64,000 nucleotides of DNA from Trichodelitschia bisporula. Taxonomy: Eukaryota. Made by a program: the position numbers and the translations under genes. Shown here one piece after another: positions 36,246 to 49,106 of this stretch. Numbering within the stretch: position 1 is the first letter of the stretch; every line of letters starts with the position of its first letter. The stretch covers positions 309,224 to 373,223 of the forward strand of contig ML996694.1 of the NCBI GenBank assembly GCA_010356995.1. The letters are read 5' to 3'. Below the pieces are notes generated by a model that was not told the DNA's origin, searched no databases, and was given only the letters and a program-made list of their open reading frames with translations.

Positions 36246-37818
36246 ATGAACAGCCGCTTGCTGTTTGCTGGCTCTCGAGCTTCTGCGAATCCAGTACGCC
36301 ATGTCACTCTACACTCTCAACGCCAGACGCGGTTCTCTCTCCAGTGTCAGGAGCTTCGCAGAGCTCAGCAGCCACCAACCAGGGCATTTCGTGCTTTCAC
36401 CAAGCTAGCCAACCACGACGAGGATGCAAAACTCTCATCCAGCTACAGCCAGCCCGCGGAAAATCTTAATCACGACGTTTCGAAGGAAGAGATATCACAC
36501 TTCGAAAAGGCCGTTGCAGAGGACAAGGAGAAGCAAATAAGGACACCATGGCATCGCGAAGGATCGGACAAACCGCCGGTTGCGCGTCAACGCAGCGCTG
36601 GAGCAATGACAAAGGGTTTGCTGACTCCATCCTAGCCCACACTAGTTTCTAACAGCTATAGGCAAGCTCCTAACGACGCCGTCGCGTATGCTCAAGCTTA
36701 TACTTCCTCTAACGACGCATGATATGAACTCGGATCGTAAAGACGTGGAGCCTTTGGCTTTGCTCGTTCACCCCCAACAGCCACTTTCGTACCTGGAGCG
36801 CTTGATTCAATCCGAGGCGCCGCTCATAAAGGACAAAGATGGCAAAGAAAAAATCCCAAACGTGTATTTCCGCGCGGAAGACTCAATGCAGGATGACGGA
36901 GCCGACGCCAAAAAGCCTGCGCCTGTCGAGGACGAAGACTCTCATCACGACGAGGACCACGATCTTGACACCGCTGACACAACAATGATTGATGGCAAGT
37001 CGGCCCGCACCGGGAAGTTGAAAAAAAAGCAGCGCACCATCGAAGACGCTCTCCGCGGCGGCCACGGGGAAGGTGGCGTTGAGTCCTACAGCGGCCTGGG
37101 TCATGATGCCCCGAATGACAAGACCGAAGACCGGCGCTTTGTACGGTGGTCATCGAGCACTGAAATCGGTGACTTTATCCGGGACGCTGCGCGAGGCCAG
37201 GAGTTTGCCGTCGAGATCGAGGGTGCGCCGCGCGACATCCGGGTTGGCGTTCCCAGCTTCGCGGACCGCACGTACTACCTGCGCATGCGGCTGCGGAAGA
37301 AGAGTCGCGAAATTGCGCACCTGGCAGACGTGAAACGCGAATGCGATGCCATTGCCGAGAAGGGAGCCAAGCGTGTCGCTATGGCCGGCGGTGTCGCGCT
37401 CGTGGTATGGTGGGGGGTTGTGTATGCGCTGACGTTCAAGACCGATCTTGGTTGGGACGTGATGGAGCCGGTGACCTACCTGGTTGGGCTGTCGACACTC
37501 ATTGGAGGTTACATCTGGTTCTTGATCCACAACCGCCAGGTGTCGTACCGCAGCGCCATGAACTTCACAATCAGCCGGCGACAATCACAGCTGTATTCTC
37601 AGCGAGGGTTCGATATGAGACATTGGGAGGACTTGGTGGAAGAGGGGAATAAGCTGCGAGCGGAGATCAAGTCCATCGCGCAGGAGTATGACGTCGACTG
37701 GAATGAGGCTGAGGATGAGCAAAGTGAGAAGGTCATGAAAGCGTTGAAGGAGGAGCGGCGGAAACGAAAGGAAGGGAAGGCAAGGGCAAAAGATGAGGAC
37801 GAAGATGAGGTCGACTGA
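36246..37818 (+). CDS. MCU: Mitochondrial calcium uniporter family protein; intron 36616-36661
   Basis: Arg-rich presequence, LVHPQQPLSYLERLIQSE, two TM helices flanking WDVMEPVTY, and a C-terminal coiled coil. Confidence 0.95.
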
Positions 37819-37942
37819 GTCGAGGTTCCTCTAGTATCGGCATAGTGTACTGGCGAACTTGGCGCTTTTTGTCGGCTTGCTGGAGTCTCAGTGCCCAGGG
37901 ACGAAAAACTGCTGACAACATGAGGTATCGTTCCCGTGGCAT

Positions 37943-39587
37943 TCATAGAGAAGAGAGGCCACCAAGCTTCATGCGAGCTACGTAAATCTCAGCGCCCATC
38001 CTTGTTTCTCGGTTCATGACTACTTTTAATCCCCAGTTCTCCCAGGTCTTTGAAGCACAATTCTCGTAGCTCCGATGATCTCGAGGGCCGATCTCCTCGG
38101 AGGAAATCTCGTCATCTAGCTCCATAAAGGGGTTTCCGTCCATATCCATTCCAAATCGTAGCTCAAATGTATAAAACTTCCCCGTTACGCTGTCAACATA
38201 CTGGAGTCTTGTCCAGCCCTGAAGCTGACCGGACTTCAGTGTGTACCCTGTAGGGAAAGTGCAAAGCGACGTTATTGGATCAAAGTGCTCCTCAGGGACC
38301 GCAGAGACGACGGAGATTTTGTGTGGCAGTAAGAGGAGTGCTCTGAAGCCATGCATCCTAAATCCTGGTATTGGCATATTGTGTAGGTGAGAGCGTCTGA
38401 ATGGGAGGCACAAGGTCATTGGTTCGGCTTCAGCTCTCGTTTCCCATGGGAGAAGGATGAGGTTCGAAAGGTTGTCGTCAGTGCCAACGGGTCTCGCCCA
38501 GACAGGCCCTTGAATTGGCGCAACTGGGATTGCAAAGGTCCGGGAATAGTCGTCCTCTTTGTGGCAGTCCGACAGTGCATACGCTTCAACAAAACGAGGG
38601 ATCCCGGGCTTGGCTGTACCCGAGACGAGCTTCGCCATCGAGCCCACAAATGCAAAACCTTCTTCAGACCGGGCGACCTTCCAAACGGGGAGGGTGAGTT
38701 GAAGGCCTATGTTGGTGATATGGAAGGGATGGTCGAGTAAAGTAGACGGGAAAGCGACAACATCTCTGGAGGCTTCAAAAACCGCGGGGGAAGTTGCCAA
38801 AAGGGTATTGACGGACCGGGGCCAGCCTTTAGACATATGGGACCATGCCAGCAAAGAAGTGTCATGATGTGAGTCTAGGATTGCTTCCTGTAGTCTGATG
38901 AACGCATCTTGGCCTTCTCCGTAGATAAGTGGCATGTAAACGTCGAAGATCCCAATCAGGCAGTAGGCAGTGTCTTCCACACGCGTCGTTTGTCTTTTCG
39001 AAGCCCAAGACATTCTTGCCGCCACACTAGCCGCTTGCAGTGGTGCTCTGTGCTGGAGAAAGCGCTGATCAATGCCCGTGACATCCGATACGAGTTCTCC
39101 GAGCTCATGCTTGCTGCCGAGGCGATTCCATGTTCGGTCATAAAAAATGACATCTTTGGGAGCCAAAAGCTCTTGTAATGTCCATCCGCGAGTAAAGTAT
39201 CGGCTCCTCAGGAACCGTTGTCGAAACGGTGGGACATCCTGCGAGGATCCTTCCGGGACGGTATTCACATCCTCAAGGAATGCATAACATATGGAAGCCA
39301 TCGCGTACCATCGAAACATAGAGTTGATGGCCTCGGAGAGCTCCGCACTGCTTGATTTGTCGATGCAACAAGTATCTATCCATACGTAGGCCAAGCCATC
39401 AAGGGTAGCTTGGGCACATGTCTGCCGGATCTTCTCATAGCCGGGGAGGTGTAGTCCTCGGCCAGCCTCCAGATCCTGGAGTGTCAATTCCCAATTTGGC
39501 AGCCAGGTGTGAAAGAATGGCATAAGGTACAGATGGATCACCCCTGAATTCTCTCAGCTCCATGGTACGAACATCGAGGAGGCGCAA
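37943..39587 (-). pseudogene. HET-domain (heterokaryon incompatibility) gene with a frameshift near 39508
   Basis: Frame A: (TTG)RLLDVRTMELREFRGDPSVPYAILSH. Frame B: HTW..GYEKI..WIDTCCIDKSSSAELSEAINSMFRWY..FTRGWTLQELLAP..RMSWASKRQTTRVEDTAYCLIGIFDVYMPLIYGEG. HET identity is secure; pseudogene status depends on the indel being real. Confidence 0.75.
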
Positions 39588-40666
39588 GTTGGGTCCCACG
39601 CGAAGTTAAAACGAGGGAGTCGAGAGTTCTCAAATTGTAGGATTGAGACGAGACGAGAGGGTCCAGAGGGAAAAGAACGTATGGCCGAAGGGGATAGGTC
39701 AGCTAGCCTTACTGAGGATGAAATGTCAGTCCGGTGTCAGTGGACATTATGCTGGGCAGTTAACCAGCTGAAAAACTGATGGCGACTTTACCATGCAAGC
39801 CGCGGAAGTGAGGGCCTAGGTGTCGCAAGGCTGAGATCGGATTCAAGAGAACTGATGGTCCGTATCTTCGTCCAAAGTTGGGTGCGGTGAAATATCCAAA
39901 ATCTTCTTCTCAAAATCCGGACAGCTTTGAGTAGTGCTGATGATAAACTTGAGAGAGAGGCCGCCCCCAACCCCACCATCCACATCTAGCCGCCGACGAA
40001 CCCGATTCAGCCTCATGCGGCGATGCAAATCTGCCTTGCAGCCCGCGTCTGACAGCACAGCATTCATCCCTGTCACAGCGGCCCGTCTGATGATCCGGAT
40101 GTATCTCCCTCAAACCGCACCTCGTTCCAGGAACGAACGTGAACGAGCGGCTCGACTATCTTCTCTCTTCCCTGTGACGATCGCCCGCCGTCGAAGCCGT
40201 GCCCCCCGATCTTGCGCACCGAAAGTTGGTGGCATCGCGCTTGGGTCTCGGCATTTTCCCGCGTGGTCGCCACCGATTCAAGTTCCGTTGAGAGACGCGG
40301 AACCTATGCTGTATCTCTTCTTGGGCTGCGAATGATGCCAGTTGAAGCTTCTACTAATCTCGAAGTCGAGGGCGGAGAGTGCCCTGAGCCGGTGATGCGT
40401 ATCACAACGCGTGCTTAGCCTAGCTCGGCGCAGCTCGACGGACTCCGTAGCGCGTTTCGCAAGTCCCGTCTCACACGTGGTGACGTTTAATCTGCAATCG
40501 TATAGGATAGATGTATGGGAAATATGATCTATTTTCCAGGCGGGAAGAAGCGAATATAGCAAATCCATAAAATGCCTTCGTACCTCTGGACGATGCCGTC
40601 TTGGTGCCCAGATATTCTTCGTCTTTCACCCTCGTGTAGTTGCAATCCGACTGCAGATTTCTCACG

Positions 40667-41691
40667 ATGCGGTACTCTTTCGCTGTCATCGCGGCTGCAG
40701 CGCCTGTTGTGCTGGCCCAAGGTGGCTGCTCCCCGCTGGAGCTCATATACGGTATGCTTGTCGCATTACAGACCCAGCAGAAAGTCCCGGCCTTTTGTTG
40801 ACGAAAGAGTTAGCGCGTGCAACAACCGAGCCTCCGCAAGTCTCTGGAGCTGGTTTCGAGGCAGCAGCGGCGCGGATTTGGTCGAAAGGCTACGGCGCTG
40901 CGGGATACTCGCTGTACACGAACGTGACAAAGCTGATTCCTGGCTCCACAGGATATCCTGTGAACTATCCGGTTTATACATCGTCTCTCTCCATGTATAA
41001 GCGCTGACGACGACAGGCCAGTATGGATCTGAACAACGGTGGATGTGTTGGTGCCAAGGACTGTGAGCAGCCCCTGCCTTTTGTACGAGACATAGAAGCT
41101 GACAGCTAGCAGTGGTTAGACGTCTCGAGGAGCGCAGCAAGGCCTGCCCAAACCAAGTATATGCCCTCGGAGGCCACTCCCAAGGTGGTGCCGTAGTCAC
41201 GGCCGCCGTTCCGCTCATCCCCAAAGAGTTGATTCCACGCATTGTGGCCGTGACCATGTTCGGCAGTCCCCCGTGTAAGGATATTCCGAGCGTCGGGGAC
41301 CGGTGCAAGTCGTTTTGTAATAAGGGCGACAATGTAAGGACCCTCCTTCTCGGCGCAATCTCCAAACTGACATCTCCAGATCTGCGATTCGGGCGCTGGC
41401 GGTAATGGCGGACCGCGCGTGAAGTGCAGCGGCGGCGCTGGCGCTGGTGGGTTTGGCAAGGGAGCGAAGGGTGGAAAAGGACTTGTCAATATCGAGCCAT
41501 TTATGCGGGCCCCCGTCAACGATGTGTGGACCGATGCGTTGCTGCAGCAGCAGTGCGGTGAGGAGGAGAAAGGTCACCCGGTGAAGGGTATGGCTCACAT
41601 GGCTTACAACGCGGATGGATACTACATCCGGGCGGCTGGGTGCTACATTGCGAAAAAGTATAAGGAGCGTGCTGGCGGAGCCGCTGCCTAG
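40667..41691 (+). CDS. Secreted CE5 cutinase-family esterase (atypical); introns 40752-40813, 40972-41016, 41063-41112, 41334-41379
   Basis: Signal peptide MRYSFAVIAAAAPVVLA, LIYARATTEP, CPNQVYALGGHSQGG nucleophile elbow, AVTMFGSP, CNKGDNIC and AHMAY. Confidence 0.88.
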
Positions 41692-42149
41692 GGGGATCGT
41701 GGTTTGGGACCTGTATATATCGTAAGCCAGAATTCATTTCACTTGACTGCCTTCTTCTTACCGTCTGTGGGCACTCATGCAATTACACCAGTGCATCCCT
41801 TCCTGACCGGCATTCCTGTACTAATGGCTCTCCGGTACCTACGATTTTGATGTGAAGCATGTAGGAATGGTAGCTCGATCTGTCAAAGTGGCATGGATTT
41901 CAGCGTCGCATGGGCCCTTCGGCAATGTGGCGCCTTACGATACTCCCAACGTCATTTCAGGCACTCAGCCTCACGTCTCTACCCTTCTGGGACCTAACAA
42001 CCTCGTACAAACGCAACGTGCCCCCTTGGCATCATTGTCGAGCGGGCCGCTAACCTCACCCTTCCCAAACTTCACCTTCATCCACCTCCGTTTCCCCACC
42101 CCCCCCTCCCCCTACATCTTCTCCATGGAAATACCACCAACCATCTAGC

Positions 42150-42825
42150 ATGAACCGCCCAAGCCCGTTTCGCCCTCCTCTAATGGACCACTTCCCTCCC
42201 ACCGAGGACGTCGAGATCGGACCGGCAGTCCCTCCCCCCCGCCCTTCCCCCGAGTTCCCGAGCCGGACCTCAGGCGTGCTCGTCCGGCGCCACTGCGACA
42301 ACTGCAAGGCGCTTCTCCCAATTGACCCATTTGGGTACTACGACAAGGAGTCCAAGATAGCGCCGCCGCTGGTGGTCTCGTGCCCGGAGTGCAACGGCAT
42401 TCCCCCGCACATCCGTCTCAAGCACAAGCAAGCGACGCTTGCTGAGGTGCGCAGTCCATATTCAACCTGAGTGTTCGTTAGCTGACTGCTTGCAGTCGGG
42501 AAAGAATGTCGATCCGGCGGCTAAGATCGAGGAGCTCAAGCGAGCGAATAGGGGTGTGCCGCTGAAGATGTCCGTCATGGTCTCCTACCAGCCGAAGGAA
42601 CTGTGTGAGAAGGAATTCGACAGCATCAAGTGCCCCTTCTCGCTTGAGCGCGCTCTGGAGCTGAAGGAGGACGACGGCAAGCTGACACAAGAGATGTTGG
42701 ACCAAGTGGCTCGGGGATTTGCCAAGAATAAGATGCCTGCTTCTGAGGATGAGATGTCTCTCGATGGAGAAGAGGAAGATGAGGACTTCGATGTCGACAA
42801 CGTGCTTGATCTTGCCGTAGGTTGA
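42150..42825 (+). CDS. Hypothetical ~208-aa protein with CxxC..CxxC (zinc ribbon-like) and acidic tail; intron 42447-42495
   Basis: CDNC..CPEC. Intron GTGCGC..GCTGAC..CAG joins two ORFs in frame. Confidence 0.7.
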
Positions 42826-43525
42826 CAAACATGGTTGATCCTCTCGTATGTATCTCATGACACCAAACTGCAACAATGACTGTCGCGCCTTGGTCACGGA
42901 GAAGCTGTATTGAGAATATGTTCTTCGGGCTCAAATGCTGACGGCTGCGGTATAGCTCACTAGGTCTGACATTCCGGAACGGCTCGGTCAGCTTCTTCGC
43001 TACTCGCCATAGTTCGCCCTACGTACGCCCATGATGTTTGTTTCCTGCATGTCTCCCTTCAATCATGATGGATGATGGACAGGTAGTGGCCAGAGCTGTG
43101 CTCAGAAAGTTAGGAACGTGATAGACATTGCGGCTGTACGTTAGAGCTCTCTGTAATCCATTCGGTTAAACCAACTGGGATACTTACGCAATCCCTTATC
43201 GTGCACTGTCTGGAGTCTGCAGTATCCCGCACTTGCTACTTTGATGAAATATTTCTCAAACTCTCAGTCATTGGATGTGGTGGATAAAAGAGGCTAAGGA
43301 TCAGCCCGGATTGCTCTACACTTGTTCATGGAGGGATATGGCTCCTACGGGACTCCGACACTGGGGCTTTGCAAAGCAGCTGCCAGGCACCTTTGACAAG
43401 AAAGACAAGTCCATTATTCTGCACTAGTCACATGCGCATTGAACGTACTTGATGTTTTTTGGATGTCAATGTCTACTAGTTCTAGGGCACCCGTGTTTCA
43501 CACTACGCACCTACGAACCCGGCTC

Positions 43526-46500
43526 TTAGATAAAATCAACGTACTGCCCGAACTCTTCAACCAGCCAGTTGTCAATACCTTCAAGCTCGGCGCTTTTTTT
43601 ATTTTCTTCGACTGAGGCCCGCGGAGCGGGAGCTTCCAAAGATGTTACGCCATCGTCCCTATTGATGCTATGAAGAGCATCATCAGGTCCACGCTTCAGA
43701 ATCTTCGCCAAACCGCTAGAGTCCGCACCGTCTGCGCCGTCCAGTATTCCCAACTTCCGCTTCACGCTGCCAACTGTCTTACTATCCGCTGGACTAGCAC
43801 TACTTGCTGCGATGAAAGGTCCCCTATGCGGTTTGCGCTCAGGGATAGCTGGTGCTGGCTCGCGGATTACTGGCCGTGACGGCTTGGCATCATAAAAGCA
43901 GTCGTCTTGAAAGGTCATCTCTTGGGAAGGAGAACCGGAGGTTTGTGTCTCCGGGGGGACGAACAACGGGCCGGAGGAGGCTCGGGGTGGCAAAGAAGGA
44001 ACCGACGAGTCAACCAGGTCAAGGAGCTCGTCATCCAAAAGATAGCTGTCGTCAAACTCAAAGCTGGAGTCGCCATTTGGAAGAGATTGATCATGCGTAC
44101 GGGTTGGCGGGGTATTTTCAGTCTGCTTTCGGTCCTCCGCGACCAATACATGGCCCCGAAGCCCAGAGGAATCACATAACCCTTCAGGATCGCCTGAGGT
44201 AGCTTCAGGTGGCTTCCTTCGACGAAATGCAGACCATTCATCATCAACGGAACAACGCTCCTGCTTCCCAGGGCGGTGCTTCTCTACATGTTTTGCAGTT
44301 GCATGGCGATGAAGCACCTCGAGAGCCTTCCGCCCCTTAGACAATGGTTGAGTTGGAAGAGATTGCGGAATATTCCACTCCTGCGTAAGGTCGATTTCGT
44401 CTACTGGTTGGATAGACCCCAGATTGGCCTTTGAAGACGGTTTCAACTGCGATTGCTTTGCGGATTGCACATGCGAAGACCATTCGTCGGCCTCACTATA
44501 AGTTTCGGCGGGTTCAACTTCAGCAACTGGCTTCTTCGGAGGTCGCGAGGGTCTCGGCGGCCGGTCAAGCCCTTCTCTGCAGCATGGCCCATGCTTGCAA
44601 GCAGTTTTGTCCTTGCACGTATGGGAGCACGCGTATTTACCATTCGGAAGTTGCAATGGCTTCCGAGGCTCTAGAGGTAGGCGGGGAGGGCATTGCTTCT
44701 CCTCACGGTAGCTGTCAATGTGCCGAAACCCGCTGCTTTCGACCTGTGCTGCAGCCTGGAGTAGCTCAGAGTCGGAGACATCATCATCTCCAAACTCTTC
44801 CGATGCACGGCGTCGGGCAGAAATGTTGACGTCCGGCGAAGGGATGCATCCGCTCGATGCATGTGTTTCGTGCTCAATGGAGGACGAGGCTCCCGCATTT
44901 ACTGACTCCAGGGCAGCCTTGCTGGGCCACGCTATTGAGGGGATTGTGGGCTTGATTCTGGCTGTACGTAGAGTCCCAGCTAATAGCGTTAGCAGCCATG
45001 CATATACTGCCCTTCAGACATACCGATGTCATCACACATGACGTAGCACACAATGAACTGGGCTTCACTAGTTAGCTTGACCGGTACTTTGGCACTCGTT
45101 CCGTTCCCAATAGCTTTGGCGCTGGAGAAGGCGAATGGTTAGTCCCTAAAAGCGACTTCCGAGCAATTAACTTACCTCATTCGTGATAGGTGCAGAAGGT
45201 TCCCATCAGAGGTCTCAATCAAGCAAACTAGATAAACAACCTTCCTTTGGAAAATCAAAGGCACGCTCTCGTTCAGAAAGCCGATGTCAGCCCTGACAGA
45301 GACTGTGACACCTTGTCCAGCCTTGAAAGTCTGCTTGGACGTTAGTCGCAGGAGATGAGTTTCGTGGACAACAAACCGGCTTTCCCAAAACTTGAAGAGA
45401 CACTCTGGGCTTGGGAAACGACCTCATGCTGTCAAGAATTTTCATGCCAAACGGCGCTCCTTTCTTAAGAATCGCTTCGATTCTGAGAGCGTCCGTCCCC
45501 TCCAAATCATCCAGAGTAAAAATGCCGGCTTGAGCAAGTTTGTGAACACTCGCAATGCCAATCTTTTCAATTTGGCGGAGCTGCTGAGGCGAATCGTCCC
45601 AGCAGCGAGCACCGAGGCTTCGACACAGCATCAAGGCATTTCGAAGCGCCACGGAATCCTTGGTGAGCGAGAGGAAGTCGATGATGCATCGAATAAGGCG
45701 ATGGACATGCTGGAAAATAAAGCTGGTATCCATACTAAACTGATGCTTGATTCTGGCCGATTCTGCGGTAGTGGGGAGTTCAATCCCGCCCAATTGCGCT
45801 TGAATGACCAAGGAGACCTTGTGAGCTGGGAGGTCCAGATTTCCTGAGAACGGGAACTTGATGTAAATGGAATCGTTCAACTCTTTGTAACATGTCCTTT
45901 CACCGGCGCGCATCCGCAAGTCGTTGAACTCTGCGGCTTGTGCTAATGCCGACAACTAAGACTCAGTCAAAACTGATCAATAAGTGGCGCGTTCGGACTT
46001 ACTATCTCAGACAGCTTTGCTTGAAATGGAAGGGTCCGAAAGGTTAGGGCCGTCTCGAATTTCACGGAGTACCGACCCATCGCCCGACCGAATTCGCTTA
46101 CCGTCCATCTGGTCGCCCCTCGCACAAAATCATACTCACGCAACGACTGGACAGCACGCTGGCAGATCAACTCAAGGCTTTCATCAGGAGCAAGACAGTT
46201 TGAAGCTCCCTTAAGGCGATAATGCCGCGGGTTCGCGCGAAGGCGTACTTGAAGAAAGGTGCCAGCAAGCCACTTCTTTGCCGATGCAAGGTCCGTGATA
46301 GTCCCAAGACCAATCTCAGCATTCTGAAAGCATATTAGTAGAGCCACTGCCACACAGAGAAAGACAGCTACCAGGTGCTCAATAAGATTCAAGTGCAAGC
46401 TTGTGGTGTCAGTCAGGAACAGCGGAGCCGCGAAAAGAGGCTCGCTCACCAACTCTCAAGGATCTCTTCTCCAGTCACCATCTTCTCGTATTGCTTGACC

Positions 46501-48574
46501 TTGTCTTGACGGGTTATTATTACCGCAACAGCACTGGTGTCGTATTGTGGTCGTCCAGCTCGACCCAGCATTTGCATAATTTCCAAGTCTGGGTATTCCT
46601 CAATGACACTGAAGGAAGTGTATCTTACCGTATTCTTGATGATTACCAAGTGGCAAGGGAGGTTCACGCCCATGGCCAGAGTTGAGGTGCAGCAGATCAC
46701 GTTCACAGACCCATTCCGGAAGCCATCCTCGATGCTCCTCCTGTCATCGGGATGGACACCGGCATGATGGAAAGCGACGGCCGATGAGAGCGTGACTTTA
46801 TGTGTGAGCTTCGGTAAACTCGTGAACAGATCGAACTCACCCCGAAGATCGGCATTGGTCGTCATAATTTGTCCGCGCGGTGGCAACCAACACTGTGCCT
46901 CAGGTGGCTTTGAGAGCCACCACTCGGCCAAAACCTTCGCAGTTCTCTCGGTTGACTTCCGATGCATACAAAATATCATGATCGGCTTCTTTTGCGAAAA
47001 CTTCTCGATGATGCTCGGCAGCCTGTGTGCATTAGCATGGAGGAAGGGTGTCGCAAAAAGGGCAGTTCGGCCTCATACTTTGAATCAAGCAGTTTGTCGA
47101 ACCCGAAATCATTCAAGTTTGACGGGAATCCACATATGTTCCTTTGCAGAATCACGGGTCGGTATTCCTCTCCGAAGCGTTCCATTTGCGCAGGCAGGCC
47201 GACGTTAGCGAAATTTCGTCCAAGCCATACCGCAATGTCGTTGGAGTTGGGAACAGTGGCTGATAAGGCTATAAACCGAACGTCTGATCCGATGGACTTC
47301 ATCCGGGCGACAACTGCTTCGAGGGTCGCCCCGCGCTCTTCCTTCACAATGTGCACTTCGTCAATGAGGAACAGCTTCACCATGCCCATAAGCTTCGCAT
47401 GGTCTTGCCACTTGCGGGTTATGTTGTCCCATTTTTCAGGAGTGGTGATAATGATAGATGCATTGCCGACCTGGCGGAGCTCCGACTGCTCAGTGTCACC
47501 GGTGAGCTCAGCGCATCCCAAGCCCAGGGGAGAGAATTTCTTCGACCAGTCCCGGAACCTTTCCGAGCAGAGGGACTTGGTCGGAGCCTGATAGACAACC
47601 TTGTATTCATCTCCGGACTTCGACTGAATGAGTCGGCAAATGGCCAGTTCGAAGATCACAGTCTTGCCGCTGCCCGTGGGTGACGAGAGAACGAAATTGT
47701 CATCAGTCTTCAGAACGGCTTCAAAGCACTTTGATTGTACAGCGTTGAAGTTCGGAAACGGAAAAATCTGTTGAAGACGATCCGGCAGTGACCGGACAGA
47801 TACTAAGCGAGGGCCTTGTATGATTTTCGAAGGAGGTTTAAAGGCGCTTTGTGTGAGGTCGGCAGAAGAAGAGTTTGGCGCTTCAAAGTCAGGCGTAAGA
47901 TCTACTGTTTGCTGCGCTTGAGCATATTTACTTGGAACTTGCTGCTGGAAGGAGGCATGTGCATTCCCGTGATGTCGCCGTTGGCTTCCGATGGGGCTTG
48001 GACTCGATGGGAAAATCGGAGGAGAACTGCGAAAGGATGACGGGTATGCGGTAGAAATACCTTCTAACGTAAGCGACGCCTACCGAATACCCAACTAGAG
48101 CTTACGGAGACGGGGGTTCTGTCGGCGCGAGTACTCCAAATCTAATGTGTAAGCCTCAGGGTCAGTGCATCCGCTGAGAATGGCTAACCGTCGTCATCGA
48201 CTTCAGTTCTACGTTGGATAGTCCTCGCCTCCTGTGGGTCGACCCCATGAACTGGCTCTCTCAGATGAGAAGCGATAAATGTGTCCAAGTGGGAGGAAGC
48301 CAGAGGTTGCTCGCCGTAAGGCCCTGTCCCAGTTAGTGATTTTTTGGTCACAGCGGCCATTAAACTTACCATGCCCATAAGCATCCCGTGCCGACACGAA
48401 GGGTAGAGCGTGGTGAGTCGCCCTGTTCTGGATGCATTCGGGATGGGGGGTCGCTGGCGGTCTGAAGTCGTGTCCAGATTCACTTGATCGGGGCCACAGT
48501 CCTCGCTCAGTCGTGCTTACTGATAAAGTACCGCGAGCCTGGTTTAGCGCGTTAGCGAAGGCATCCTCGTCCAT
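43526..48574 (-). CDS. MER3: Meiotic DExH-box DNA helicase Mer3/HFM1, multi-exon (5' exons approximate)
   Basis: FNAVQSKCF..SPTGSGKT, APTKSLCSE, DEVH, ALSAT, CTSTLAMGVNLP, QMLGRAGRPQYD, a Sec63-like region, and C-terminal LPNGKYACSHTCKDKTACKH..CC. Confidence 0.92.
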
Positions 48575-49106
48575 GGCGCTTGCATATGCGATGGTAACTG
48601 TCGAAAGGCAGGTTCAGACTTAGTAGGTCCACCCCATGGTTGAGTAGGGATCTTAGAGCGCTCGAATGCCATGCTGCAAAGCGCATTGCACACGTCACGG
48701 CGATGCTAGATTCGGGAGGCACGACAGACCCCTGGTCCGAAAAGCGGAAAGAGCGAGTAGGATACGGATTTCGACCCCATCTCATGACCAAATGGTTTCG
48801 GAAATTCGATTTGAAGTAAGCTAATCTGTCAGCTCGCATTCCTTGAAAGCTATTAGATACTTTGATGGGAGCAGGTCTCGTCTTCACTGCTTCCGCAATC
48901 TACGTCCAACGCCGTCCGGTGCTTCAACTCCGAAAATCATGACCTTGATGGTACAATACGCACTCTCATATCATGCCACGCCAGCATGATGAGCAAGATA
49001 CCTGCATGGCGGAGCCTGTTCATACCTCAGGCTCACACATAACCCAACACAACCCCGAGAACGCCATGGCCACATTTGAAGCCATATTGCACCGATCCAT
49101 TAATCG

